A stretch of DNA of 63,765 bases, the filler included, from Phoronis australis (Eukaryota > Animalia > Phoronida): NCBI GenBank assembly GCA_002633005.1. It is 4 parts of 4 records of this genome, joined end to end, with 100 filler letters (N's around TTAATTAATTAA, not from the genome) between each part and the next. Parts side by side here need not be neighbours in the genome. Positions count along the whole stretch, not along the records: positions 1 to 27,898 come from NMRA01001309.1; 3 more parts are not named here. One strand, given 5' to 3'. Each line of letters begins with the position of its first letter. The first letter of the stretch is position 1. The notes under the pieces are model-generated. The model was given only the letters and a program-made list of their open reading frames with translations. It was not told the origin of the DNA and did not search any database. The position numbers and the translations under genes were made by a program. Of this stretch, positions 1-12,793 are shown in pieces.

Positions 1-299
1 TGAACTTTTGCCGTGTTGGCCTATGTCAAAAAATCTAAAATTTCATCGGGAAACTCGTCTGAACACGATTTTGCTTGGGTAAAAGGCAGATTTTAGGATC
101 ATTAGCAAACAACATGGCTAGGTCGTATTATTTACTTACATGTATATCCAGTAAAATCAAGTCCCTTTCGCCTCGAAAGAGAAGCAACTACAGTTAGTAA
201 CACATTTGACGTAGTTGCTGGATCTTGACATTTATGGAACTTAATATTTCATTTTGAGACCTCAGTGAGTACGGCCCGGCGGTCTCATTACTGGACTTA

Positions 300-1685
300 T
301 TGGGGACAAATATAACAACAACAATAATATATATTTTAAGTTGTATTGGGAATTTCAGGGTCACTTCTCTACAAATAGATATTTCACAGAAGGAACCAGC
401 TGGGTTCTTTAATTACACGAGATAACACACACATACACACATTTACGATACCCAATGTGTAATTGAGTATCGGGTACTAAGTGGAACAGGTTAGCAAATG
501 GGTACATAATGCCAAATAGGTATTGGCCGATTGCCTACCAAGTGGGTTGAGCAAAATGGCAAATTCAATAATAAGTACCAAATGGGTACAAACTGCCAAA
601 TGGGCAAATATCATGTAAAGTACCAAGTGGGTACACCAAACATCCAACTGGGCTATCACAACCTGCAAAGCAGGTCCCGGACAAGCTGAGTGAGCAGACC
701 AGCCGGAATGATAAACAGAGATGTTATAATGAACGTGGTGTTGTGGCTCAGTATGTGCTGAGAGCTGTGACCGGGGTGGAGAGAGGCAAGCTGCAGTCAA
801 AGACACCATAAAATCTTTGCTGCAGTGATGGACGCCCGAGTGCAGGTCTGGTCTCTAGCCAATGGCATCTTTTCTTGCTTGACGGTAACACGCTCCGGGC
901 TTGAAGGAGGTGCCAGCAATGGCTGAAATAAAAGCAATAACCAGCATCAGATTTTCTTCGACACTAGGTAGGTAGGGTGGGAAAGTATAAATCAGTTTAA
1001 CTGAGATTTTGTTGAACCCAGGGTAGGGAGGGTTGAATATGTATGAAATTGTCTAATTGGGAAAATTACGAGTGATTGTACTGTTGCGTGAGGGTGGGCC
1101 AACAGGAAGCTGGAGAGAATGAACAAACAGCGCTACCATCGGACTTGGTAGGAACTAACTAGGAGTTGGATATGAAGCTTGAAGGGCTATAGAATGTTAT
1201 TTGCCCAAATAATAGGATTTATGTCAGAGTGCCATAAATCTCATTGTTGGGGACAAATATAACACAAGCATAATATTTTTTTAAGTTGCATTTGGGATTT
1301 CAGGGTCATCTACAAATAAATATTAAACAGAAGGAGCCGGACGGAGGGTTCCTTAATTACAAGAGATAACACACATTTCCTATACCTAATGAGTAATTGA
1401 GTAGTCGGATACTAAGTGGCACAGGTTGGCTTAGAACCAAGTGGGTACATAATATCAAATGTGTACTGGCCGATTGCCTACCAAGTGGGTCGAGCAAAAC
1501 GGCAAATTCAATAACACGTACGAAATGGGTACAAACTGCCATATAAAGTACCAAGTGGGTACACCAAACAGCCAACTGGGCTATAACAACCTGCAAAGCA
1601 GGTTCCGGACAAGCTAAGTGAGCAGACCAGCCGGAGTGATAAAAAGAGGTATTGTAAGGAACGTGGTGTTGTGGCTCAGTATGTG
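300..1685. repeat. Pair of diverged ~450 bp direct repeats (300-757 and 1247-1685) with internal short ACCAAATGGGTACA-like units
   Basis: Both copies begin TTGGGGACAAATATAAC and end GTGGCTCAGTATGTG. This explains the similar spurious minus-strand ORFs 477-809 and 1357-1926. Confidence 0.85.
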
Positions 1686-1774
1686 TCACATGGGCAGGGT
1701 TGTTCATGGAAGAACAATCCTGTCCACCGCCACATCCCGCGTGGGGGGGCGTGACCCTGGTAGACAAGAGGCGA

Positions 1775-2290
1775 ATAGGAGTGGCAGGGGATGTGGGAAA
1801 AAGGTAGTTGCAACCATTGATAAATGGAAAGATGCCTTTCTCGGATTTGCCTCCACATTCATTGAAGCTACCCCCCCCCCCCCACCTCCGGAGTACAAGC
1901 ACGACGTTCGACTTGAGGCACAGCACACCGGGTTAGGTTGGATACCTTACGATGAGCAGTACCGCTCACGACAGGCCCCTCTACTGACACCATACCGCAT
2001 CCACCTACCAGACACAGCTATACCTTAATTGCACTACACGGCAATGCAGACACAAATATACCTTCAGGGTCTGCGCTGACTCCCACCCAAGCAGCGCATG
2101 TTACAGGGCATTTGGGACTTCATACTTTCACTGAAGAACCTACTGAACTATAATTGAAGGTGTGGTGATACAACTTTTGCTAACAGCCTGGGTTAACTAC
2201 ATTTGATATCTGTTCATGTTTAAAAAATGTTCATCTCAGATTGGGATTTTCTTGCTCTACATTGTACAATATTTAGATTTGTCGGTCGTA
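1775..2290 (+). mobile_element. Decayed DIRS/Ngaro-type retrotransposon remnant (gag C-terminus, zinc knuckle, possible RT trace)
   Basis: TIDKWKDAFLGFASTFIE...EYKHDVRLEAQHTGLGWIPYDEQYRSRQA matches the DIRS/Ngaro gag motif W..AF..F......Y...V.....W..YD..FR. It is followed by a frameshifted C..RQCRHKY...VCADSHPSSAC knuckle and an ISDWDFL RT-like trace. Confidence 0.65.
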
Positions 2291-2526
2291 ATGATTTTTT
2301 GAAGATGATGAACATTGTATCTAAGAGTCTATAAAACTGATTTTTCATATACAATGCTAAATTCGCTTTAAATTTCACATGCTAGTATTAAAAAGAAAAG
2401 ATGAGCGAATAGTCTGAAATGGCAATTTACGGAGCACACAGCTTGCATGCTACACCTTAGATCAGGTGGATATTTGAATACTAGGTGCCCAAAGGCACGT
2501 AAGCAAGAAAAAACAAGGCTTGACAT

Positions 2527-5500
2527 GCCATATTTTGTCATGAGTAAAATATCCCGCATCATTTTATAAAATGATGACTAGTTAAAACTAGTCTCAGGTG
2601 GATTGCATTTTTGAAAAAGTGAGCAACTAAAAGATACCGGAACGCCGACTCGATTTTCCAAAAACATAGACCAGAATCAACCCTGCTGTTTTACTTGGAC
2701 TAACCTGTTCAATACCATACAGTCTGTTGAGAGCCTTACGTTTGTCGTGTGTGTAGCAATTACAGCCCAGTCAGTCTTTTTCACGGCATGCACGGGCATT
2801 CTTATTATCAGCGTTCTTTTCTCATTAACACAGATCAATCCTTACCACCTGCATTTCTTTTCTCATTAACCGCAATTTAGTTCCAACGACCTTATTTTTT
2901 CTCGTTAACCGCGTTTAGTTCACGACTGACGGGTTACACGTACAAGCTGCTTGAGAGGGTAGCGCGTGTTTGGCTTGCATTTTGAATTTCCTGTGAGATG
3001 ACTTTAAACTGACGAAAATCAAATCATTCAGCGTTCATGTGCGACGCCTATCGAACACCACAACTGTTGGCAGTTGTTTAACTTCAAAGTTTGAAAGTCG
3101 CCTCCCTTTGTCATTATTTATTTCATGGAAAACAACGTCAATTGCCTTCACGAGCGTTTGGACTGTGGAAGAAAAAAAAACAAAAACACGCTGGATCCAC
3201 GGGAATGAAAGTGGGGTTCAAACGCTGTTGATATCTAGGTATGTACTATTGTGTCCCATTGGCTACTATAAGGGTTATTGGGTAAAGTTGCTCAACTAAT
3301 CAACAATTCAGAATCTAGAATGTTACTTTAAAATTTGATTATCTTGAAATTATAAAGCAACACATATGTATTGCTTTTCTGTGATAACCATACAGTGGAT
3401 GTAATTGTACGTGATAAAACACATAGAATAGCTTATCGAAATAACCTTGATTGTTCGTCTGTTATAGACTTCGAATTCAAATCTTCTCCAAAGTTTTGGT
3501 GGAATGTTGTTCGTACGTGGTTTATCGTCTACATCCAACACGAGCAAGTCCAGTTAGTCGCAGTCATCTTATAAGAGCGCTAAATCCACTGATCCGTGTG
3601 GAAGTCGGCCATTTTGTTGTTAGCGTCCGTATAGCCGAAGCCATCCAATATTACTCGCAATATAATTGAAATATGCTATATAAATTCTACACGTTGTTGG
3701 CCTCTGATGGGCAACAATTGCATATTTTCGTCTCATGTTACAAATGACTCGCACTAATGACGCGCCTGTCCAACGAAAGACATAAATGAAGACGCGGTCT
3801 TCAAGAAAAAATAATTAGCGAAAGGATTCAGTTTGTCAGTTTGTTATGACTTCCACGTTAGATACGATGGCTTGTTGAAACCTTAGAAGACGATCTACTG
3901 TTACGCAACTGAACAGTATAAAGCCAAGTTGAATCAAAGATTTGCGACTTAAGTGTTGAATACCGCTTTAATATAATGTCATGGATACTGTAACCGCTCT
4001 ACATCTAACGGCGACGAAGATTGCTTTTCTGACCATTGGCGTGTTTTTGCAAATTTCTCTATTCTTTTTGATAGTAAAGGACCTTAAGAAAAAGCTACAG
4101 GTCGTTCAAGCACTCCTACTTGAATGGATATTTTCCACGTTCATGCGCTACGCTGTAGTCACCAACAGGACACTCATCCAGTTCGATCCAGAGAACAGCA
4201 CAACAGTTAACGTAACGGAAAGCGTGACCCTGCATGTGGGATGCGACTTAAAGTTTTGTTCAAATATCATCACCTTGTCTTCATTTGCTGTATTGTGCTA
4301 TCAGTTCTTCTTAGCCGTGGACCGCCCGTTTGTCTTTAAGGAAAATCGAAATCGACTCCGATACATCATTAAGTGGCTCATTTGTCCAACTATTTACGGA
4401 CTTCTCGTTGTTGGTTTTCGACGACTTCTCCACGTGATAATGAGCCGCGGGTCTATCCGTTTGCACTTCTACGATGACGCCATCGCCTGCACCAGTCATT
4501 TTACTCCAGTTCGCGTTATGTCTATACTTGCAGCAGTAGTGCCGCCTTTGCTGGCATGTATAATTTGCACGTTGAAGATTTATAAAAGAAAAACATCAGT
4601 TCGGCCATTTGACATGGGCGTAGGGGAACGTATTCGAGCCAAGAATCTTGTCATCTTCAAACGAATGTTTCCAATATTCGCCATATCTTTTGTAGCAACT
4701 TGCGCAAACGGTTTGCTTATGGCTCCGCAACTTCAAATTAGTCACAAACTTGTGGGAATTGTTAATGAGATACTGTTTTGGATCCTGCCGTTAGCCATAC
4801 TGGTCGATATGTTCAAGGGATATATAGAACTACGCAAGGCAGCAAAAACCAACAGCTCATTACCCCATAACACAAAACGTCAAACCGTGACTACAGTGTA
4901 GCCCTAGTAACGTGCACTCTTCGCCGGCGCTATCTTGAAGATTTTGCGTAACGGATGCTATCAAGAAAACTTTCGTTTCAAAAGATGTATTTCCTCTTTA
5001 CGTCAGACAATCTCAATTAAGTATTAAAATAAACTTATCGAATTGATAGTCGTTGGGTAACTATATGCGCCGCGCATGCTATACCAAAGGCGTGATGAAT
5101 AAGTAGGTTATTGTTTTTCACGATTCGTGGTCTGCAAGCCGATTTAAACTCACTCTAAATTAGCCGCACATGAACAACGATTATTTTAAGACTCGCATTT
5201 ACCGAATTACAGTTTATTTCTGATGTTTGGAATTATAATATCTATTTTGCGTATTCGCGCATTAATGGTGTTTACAATAACAACAAATGGGTCACTCAAG
5301 GTAACTGAAGTCATTGAAAAAAACTTTTTTCGCTCATTTCTAGCGAGTTTTCATCCAAATCTCCATCAATTTTCAATCACTATCAAAGCTCCTAATACAT
5401 TTACCTTTGCGATTATTGGTGTATTTTTTGTCTTCTTTCACGTGCAACTGTTGTTCACTATCACTCTGTATTTTATGTCTGTCCGTAAGCACAGAGAGCG

Positions 5501-5654
5501 TTGTTTTCCTGAAAACCATGTGACCTGATATCACCCTTGGATCGGCCTCTATTTACATATTTCCTGTGATTACTGCGTTTTGGCTCGCCCGTTGTTGTAG
5601 TTAACACGATGACCCGTGTTCGGGTGAGCTATAGCTTAACGATGAATCTATTTT
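2527..5654 (+). repeat. Segmental duplication copy A (paralogous to ~16950-22297)
   Basis: Colinear matching blocks: TTTTGTCATGAGTAAAA at 2534/16953, GTCCAACGAAAGACATAAATGAAGACGCGG at 3768/20408, the GPCR ORF, and the 3' flank to ACGATGAATCTATTTT. Confidence 0.9.
3981..4901 (+). CDS. Intronless rhodopsin-like (class A) 7TM GPCR, 306 aa, copy 1
   Basis: About seven hydrophobic segments, Cys at the top of TM3 (GCDLKFC), AVDRP at the DRY position, Cys in ECL2 (AIAC), basic ICL3 and N-glycosylation sequons. Closely similar paralog at 20636. Confidence 0.75.
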   Translation: MDTVTALHLTATKIAFLTIGVFLQISLFFLIVKDLKKKLQVVQALLLEWIFSTFMRYAVVTNRTLIQFDPENSTTVNVTESVTLHVGCDLKFCSNIITLSSFAVLCYQFFLAVDRPFVFKENRNRLRYIIKWLICPTIYGLLVVGFRRLLHVIMSRGSIRLHFYDDAIACTSHFTPVRVMSILAAVVPPLLACIICTLKIYKRKTSVRPFDMGVGERIRAKNLVIFKRMFPIFAISFVATCANGLLMAPQLQISHKLVGIVNEILFWILPLAILVDMFKGYIELRKAAKTNSSLPHNTKRQTVTTV

Positions 5655-6225
5655 TTCATAATGGTTGTAAATTTTAGTGACTCTGATACATGGTGTTGAA
5701 AAATAAATAAAGTCCCCTATAATTGTACAAAAGATACAAAATTGCGTTGGTTTCAGTACCGCTTAATTCAACTAATAATTATTTACATGAAATTAAAGTA
5801 AAAACAAGTGATCTATGCTCTTACGGTGGTGAACACACTGAAACTTTTCTCCATCTCTTTTAGGAATGTCTTCTTGTCTCCGGTTTCTGGCTCCTGTTTG
5901 CTGAGTGGTTAAAACAAACACATCATGTAAATTTTCATGTGGACAAGATAGCAGTGTTTTTTTGGCTTTTTGGGGAACATTCAGTCGGAAAATTGTAATA
6001 TTATTCTGTTGATCATGTTAGCAAAAATTAAATATTTAGCCAAAAGCTTGTTAAAAAAAATTAATTTCCAATTGTTCATTAACTTTATTAAATTACATCC
6101 TGAAAGAAATACGGTACTTGTTGACTAATGATTTAATGTTATTCTTTGTAAACGATGTATACTGTATTGTTTTATGTGATATGTAATCATTATGCTAGAG
6201 CAAAATAAAAATGTTTAAAAAAATT
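5655..6225 (+). mobile_element. Retroposon-like insertion with 16-bp target-site duplication
   Basis: ACGATGAATCTATTTT is duplicated at 5639-5654 and 6226-6241. The insert ends AAATAAAAATGTTTAAAAAAATT. Paralogous block B has the motif only once (~22281). Confidence 0.55.
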
Positions 6226-8169
6226 ACGATGAATCTATTTTGTTCATGGCGAGATTCCACTTCTGCAGGATCACTTGATAATTTCACTTGATAACATATT
6301 CATTTCATAGTAAATAGCACAGTCATGTTATTAAAATTCGTCAGTACTCAACGTTGTTCGCCGCATATTCACTAATGTAAAGTCCAATTACTTTACCGGT
6401 AAACAAGCTTAGGGTCTAAGGATCCGGTAGGTTTTTTTAAGTGTAAATCTTATATATCCTTGATAAAAAAGCTGATTAAACAATAGATTTCTTTTATTTT
6501 TCATAAAGTGTTGTTCTTTTAGTGCCCCAGGGCACTCTGTACTCTCTTTGTTAACCACTAACTGCTAACCTAAGATTGACAGGATGGCGCCATGTCCCGA
6601 ACCACGCTAATCCTTTAGGAAAGAGAAGTTACAAAAAGACCACCACTTGAAACAAATATAAAGTCAAGTAAAAATGAAAGCAAAAGTTGGAATTTGAAGA
6701 CGGACTTGCAAGACGGTCCATGTGCATTGCCCGCCGTGTTCAACTCGCTGCAAAACTAAGGCGCGAAATCGCAAGTTGAATGAATCTATTGTTCTTTCAA
6801 ATTAGTTAAGCGCTCGTCACGTATTTGCCTACATTCCCCATTTTGCTTCGCTACTCTTGACGTTGATCACCAGTTTCAAAATCATTTGATAATATTCATA
6901 GGACAACAACCTAAATACATTCTGTTTTCTATTCCCTTTTCTAGATCATACATGTAGTAGTGTGATCTTTTCATGGCGTGTTTTCACAAGCGCTTTTCCC
7001 AGGTGAAAATTGATGAAAATAAACGTCGCGTACTTTCAAGCAAATTTTCGCTAGAATTTATTTTGCATTATTTTCATTTCCATGTAAAATTTAATAGAAG
7101 TTATTCCGTTAATTTCCGCTAAATGTTTAATCAGATTTCTTTTTGTATTTGGATACGATTAACGTATTTTAGCAGCACGTATTTTAATCGGCGATAGTCC
7201 ACTTTTTTACCACGCATGCTGATATGATCTGGTGACGTCACACTAGTTAGGTGCAGGAAAATTACCTCACATTGGCAGCCGAACGAGGGAAGCGCCAGGG
7301 AAATTCAACCGAATTTCATGGATATGTTCCCAGTCAAGTTATATTACTAAATTGTCTTCAGAATAACGGTATGTGTTAATTATAAATAATTGTGAATGCA
7401 TGCTTCATTTGATGTAATTCTTTTTATTTTGAAATTCGTAGTTTTCAATGTGTAAGCTTTAGGCCTAACACCGCCTGTCTGATCGACCATGCCACTGCCC
7501 AAATGTGACCCTGTTCCTGTTTCGATGCCACGCATCATTTTCTTCTTAATAAGTTTCGCATATTTTGAAATCTGTGGCCGGGATATTATGCTGATTCGGG
7601 ATGCTTACGATCTCAGGGCATAAATGGAAGCCGTTTCATAAATGTCATAACAAGTCTTGACCATTGTCCTCCGTCTACCGGTTAGCAAGTATTAATCGAC
7701 CATTTCAACAAAATCACTGTAATCCGTTTTTTAAGTGCAGTATAGTTCGTCAACATGCATGAAATGGCTTCTTCAACAACAAATCTTTCAATTACTGTAG
7801 AAAAACGGCATTTTTTCGTGTTGTTTAGGCGAGCAACGCCCGCCTTTGAAGCGCCAAATGTTCGTTTAACGCGACTTTTTACGCCAATGGTGTGATTTGC
7901 AATCAGGCTCTGTTAGCCCATTGTGATCACCCTTGACCATCCAGAATTAAGATTATTTTTTTGTTTGCTTTTGGAAGTTCAAAAGTCTGTAAAAAACAAC
8001 ATGAAACAGATAGATAGTTGAACACAAAAACTACATAGCTTTAGGTTATCTCCAACCTTGTTTAGTGGCCTCCATTCTAACTCGGATATCAAAAGACTAG
8101 GCTTTGCCAGCTAGTAAAGGTATAGATTTTCTGAAAGAAAAAAGACAAGGGAAAATAAAAATATGTTTT

Positions 8170-8265
8170 ATATTTATTATTATTATTATCATAATCATCA
8201 TCATCGTCGTCGTCGTCTTCGTCGTCGTCATCATCGTCATCATCATCATCATTATTATTATTATT
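8170..8265. repeat. Compound trinucleotide microsatellite (TAT/CAT/CGT)
   Basis: Visible runs of tat, cat and cgt. These explain the poly-I/V and poly-H/R ORFs. Confidence 0.95.
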
Positions 8266-10554
8266 TCGTTACCACTATTTCACGTCAAATTCCATGTTTT
8301 AGAAAGGCACAGTCATATCAAAATAACCCCTCGGTCGATTTTATTGAAATATTTTTAAATGAAAACCTCACAGTTACCTAAAAAACTCAGTTTGGAATTT
8401 TCGATTAACCTTTTCGTTTGATTTCGATGACAAATCAACTCGTAAAACGTAAGATATTTTTGTAAAAAAATGGAATTAACTAAGTCTTTATATCAAAAGT
8501 CCTAACAGCTTTTTGAGATTTATGAATAAATATTAAATTTGGAAAGTTTCAGCGCAATGCACCAAGCCGTTTTCAAAGGCCGATTATGTGGCGAGACGTG
8601 AAAATCTCAAAGACTTCGGATAATTATTCGGTGAAGACTTGTTTTTGGTCAATATAACATATACACCCCTTAGCCACGTTCATTATTTCAACATTTACGA
8701 GCAATGTCATTTGAATGTGCAGTGCGTAATTAACTTAACTGCCACAAAAAACATTTAATTCAAGACAAGTAGATCCCTAAGGCATAGACAAGGACACGGG
8801 CGTAGTCATCATATTAAGTGGGACAAGCTGGTGCACTGTGGTCCACTTTAAAGGCACAGTACAAATAACCCCTCGGAGTGGATCTGTCGTTTGTCTGTGT
8901 AAATGGTAAAAACGTAAGCGCGGCCAAATATTATCAAATATTGGAAACGTGAAACGGTGGATCCCGGTTTTGAAAGTAGTCAATTCTCCCTAGAATGTGA
9001 ACCAGTTTCCCAACGATATACACTGTAATGGAGACGTCTTAAAGGAGAATGCCATCCGATTTAATTAATATTTTTGCCGTCTTAATCGGTCTATATCCAC
9101 ATCGCCTCGCATACGGTCGAACTTAGCTTGCCAAGAGGTGTCGCGTTAACCTGTGAGGAACGTGAGAAACGACGCTAGCGACGTCAGTGGTTGATGTGCA
9201 GAGTGAATGCCGCTGTGTTGCGGTGCATCGTTCCCGCTTGTCCGAACTAAACAGCTGCGGGGAAAGCGGGTATAACGTTTTTTTTACCTCCTCGTGAGTC
9301 CGAAATGCTTAGGAAGTGGCTCATGGTAGTGAAGAATGAAATGTACGCTGTAAATAGCAAGTATAAGGCCGTGAAACATCTCCGTATCTGTGGCCTGCAG
9401 ACGTCAACAATGCCTGACGAATGCCGGCTTACCAAATAACTCCATACGTTCCGTTGTCTGAGCTTGTTCACGGCGCCTCTCTAGTATTTCTTCATCACTG
9501 TATTCCTGTTCGTATTGATAGCCTGTAAAACTTAACGATCCACCTGCGAAGTCGGGACTGATGAGCTCTAGCTCGTCTCCTAAGTCCGGATTGCGAGTTG
9601 CATGTTGGCGTTTATTACTAAGCGTTCTGTTTCAAAATGAATTATTCTCACCCTAACCAATACTTATATAAAACTGAAGAAAAATCTGTCTCATTAGATG
9701 CAATTTGTAATGCCTTTGGAGTGTTTGTGAGTGCAAATGATTTGAGAAGCCAGCAATGAATAAATCACTGTGTGACCGACTTTAGGTGCAATGAAACTCA
9801 GTAATTGACGGGACACCGTGGCCGTGTGAGCTCATGCTAATTTAGTGTTTGCTGGCAGAAACTGTTGTGAAACAGCTCGATTTCCATCCCACGGCCAGGT
9901 GTTAGGGGAATCTTTATTTACGTTTACATTAATCAAATAATGATTGTCAATGTACAACGGTCAGAACCTTGACCGTGCTGTGGCCAAAGCGGCCCCCGAC
10001 GAGTAAGTAGATTTGCAGTTTCGTGGCTAATTCACCAACATAATCACGCGCTCATTACTTTGGCACACTAGTATAGTATTTTTTTGACTGGAAGTTTAGT
10101 TACCACTGAACTTTGGATGGTTTATGTTCGTGATATCTGATCAGTTTCCGAGCCACTGGCAGGGATAACGAGTCAATCCGGCCGACCGAGACGGGCCTGA
10201 TTGAGCTCCGAGCCACTGGCCTGGATAACAAGCGTTTTGTGTTTAGAACTCAAAAAATCACAAGTATAAACAACACAGATCTAGGTTCTCTTGTCTGTAT
10301 CTTACGGAAAATACTTCGAAATTATCTCCGAACAGACCCCAAACTCCTGCTATACGACCTTATTGGCCTGCCGAACTACGGTGTGTCCAAATACCAATAA
10401 ATCCCGGCGTAAGAGCGAAATAGAACAACACGTTTTTATAAGAACTCTGTGTATTTTTAAGGGTTTTACATCGACGTTTGATGATTTATTGGTGTTAAAC
10501 GATGACTTCGAGCGATAAGCTGACACCAATAACCCGTGTTGTGAACTGCTGAAC

Positions 10555-11338
10555 CATAGGCGGATTNAACTATGGCTAAGTATAAGCTCTCCCGCGATAT
10601 CTCACGCGACCGGCAGTGGCGCTGCGCACTACGACTCCGTTTCCGTCGTCTGCTCCACTGTGCAATGAAGAAAATTTACTTCATTTTTTAAAGAAAATGA
10701 AAAAACAGAAACTGCTGGTAAGATGTGAATTTTAATCGTAAATTGGTGAATCACTCAGAAACTCATAATTCTCTCTTTGTCAAACCTTAACTTAAGACGA
10801 TTTCCAAAGCAATCCCGTCATTATTGCCAACACGAAAAACGGATTTGGTCTTTTGGGCATTTGAAGACTCTTTAAATACAACAAATTTGTTAAGAACCTA
10901 TTGCACAAAATATAAAAGTTTAATAAGCATTACAAAAAGAAGTAGGTTTCGCGCGCAAACGCTGTGGACCATAAAGAAGTCAGGTCTCTTAGTCTAACTT
11001 CATTAGTGAAATCGTGGTGGTGTAGTGGTAAAGCACGCGTGTTCTATCAGCGAGGTCGTGAGTTCGATTCTATGGAACTCGCAGTTTTTCCTGTGTGACA
11101 CGTTCTCCGCGTTTTTTTTTTTTGGCCTTTTTTCTTGGATAATACATCAGAAATCAAGGAAAATGCTTGATTTTTAGAGGAAAAAACAGAAAATTTTCCT
11201 GGTCGGGAGGGGGGCAAACCCCCCTCCCGACCTCCTCCCATTCGGTGCCATGCGCATCTACAATCGTGGTTTGCGCAAATGCTTACAGCCGGACAAAAAT
11301 GTTGGGGCCCCCCTAGTGATATCCTAGATCCGCCACTG
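10555..11338 (+). mobile_element. Non-autonomous TIR element (CATAGGCGGAT...ATCCGCCACTG) nested in the Kolobok-like copy, with a 5-bp TSD
   Basis: TGAAC is duplicated at 10550-10554 and 11339-11343. The empty site is seen in the second Kolobok-like copy (~50045). A longer relative lies at 29105-30290. Confidence 0.75.
11013..11080 (+). pseudogene. tRNA-like / SINE head fragment
   Basis: A-box TGGTGTAGTGG and B-box GAGTTCGATTC at tRNA spacing, but poor acceptor-stem pairing. Confidence 0.5.
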
Positions 11339-11703
11339 TGAACAGACTGCGTGTGAAACCGGTGACGTCATTGGATAATTTCAACACCTCCGTCTGCCGT
11401 CAAGTGTCAGGTATCGCAACCGTACGTGTCGTTATGGAGTAGAATTACTCGATCTAAATTGATACAAATTAGGTTGTTTTTTGGGTGGCATGCTCCTTTA
11501 ATGAAGCAGATGATCACGTCACGATGAGGTCATCCCCTACCTCTGCCATATAGCGTCATCTTTTCGAAACCCCTTCCTCCCTCAATTAATGAAGTAACAT
11601 GTGAGCTCTACCCTAGTAGCCTAAGATTATTTTGTTCCCCTAGTACTAATTTAATTTATTCGTCCATACACATTTCTCACTCAGCAACCACACAACGTTT
11701 CAA

Positions 11704-12793
11704 AGAGTTCCCACCATGACCCTGTGTGTCAAAAAGAATTTTAAAAATACGTCTTAAGAAATTTAATAGCCTTCAGTGTACCTGTTGCTACATTTGTAAG
11801 AAACAAGCCAGAAAGTAAAAAAATATATTTTTCTATTAAGGGGATTATGCGTGATGGGTGGAAGACCGTCTCCGCCGTTGTTGTTTTTTGCCAGTGCGAT
11901 ACTGAGGAGATGTGAGGAAAGATACGCTTGTGGAGGCTGTAGTAACAGCAACTTGACTGAGAACGTCTCAGTGCTCAAATTTCCTGAACACGTGAGATGG
12001 CATCGGTTTGTGCGCCGGAATTTTAGTGCGGAACATGCAAGTCGGAAACCACACTATGTTCGGCCTCTTTCACGGAATTGTGTTTCGACCAAACACAAAA
12101 CGATGTTGCGATGAAGGATTTGCCACCTTATAAGTGTATTTGCAAATTTTATAACTAACTAGCAGACGACTGTTTCCATTCTAGGGTATGTACATGTAAA
12201 TCCAGGACCTCGACCTCAGCCAAGATCGAGTGCTACGACACGTAGGTTTGAGCAATTTGTTTAGACCGTGCTCATTTTATCATGCCAATATAGTGAATAC
12301 GAGTGACTCAGGTTTACTGTGGCATTTTTCAGTGATTATTAACAGTCTATTTTGTGAATAGTGACCACCCCTTGGTTCAGTTGGCTCACTGAGTTTGCAG
12401 CATTTTTCGTGCAAGTAGGTCGAGTTCATACGGCCTCAAAGCCGACGAGAGTTCAGTAAGTGGGAAATCGAATTCATTGTCTTATTCTTCATGTACTCGA
12501 GTGTGAAGCCCATATCCACTCTCCTCTCTGTCTGCATAATAATGGTACAGCTCTCGCTCAAAATTGTCTTCTGATCTGCGGTGTTCCGCCATTGTAATTC
12601 ATTGTCAAGTGACTAAACGTCTTCCACCCATTTCTTCATTTGGCGGAAAAAATTATTTTTTTTTCAAAATTAAACAATCGCAACTATTTGGCATAAAAAG
12701 CACTTCCTTAGTTGAAGTTTATGGTATTCATTTCATATTAGCAAACTGCAACTTCAAAAACTAAGACAATACAATGTACACGGTGGGAACTCT
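11704..12793 (+). mobile_element. Kolobok-like element with a THAP-domain remnant
   Basis: TIRs AGAGTTCCCACC(A/G)TG with TCAA/TTAA flanks. The internal ORF fragment YACGGCSNSNLTENVSVLKFPEHVRWHRFVRR fits the THAP start C..GCSN...FP...W. Confidence 0.6.

Larger units (their letters stand above)
9043..11497 (+). mobile_element. Non-autonomous Kolobok-like DNA transposon, copy 1 (contains a nested insertion)
   Basis: TTAA|AGGAGAATGCCATCC ... GGGTGGCATGCTCCT|TTAA gives TIRs with a TTAA TSD and RR..YY ends. The body is the reverse complement of 49913-51478. Confidence 0.8.

Noticed and set aside
8104-8381. Hydrophobic and His/Arg-rich ORFs
   Set aside because: Translations of a microsatellite.
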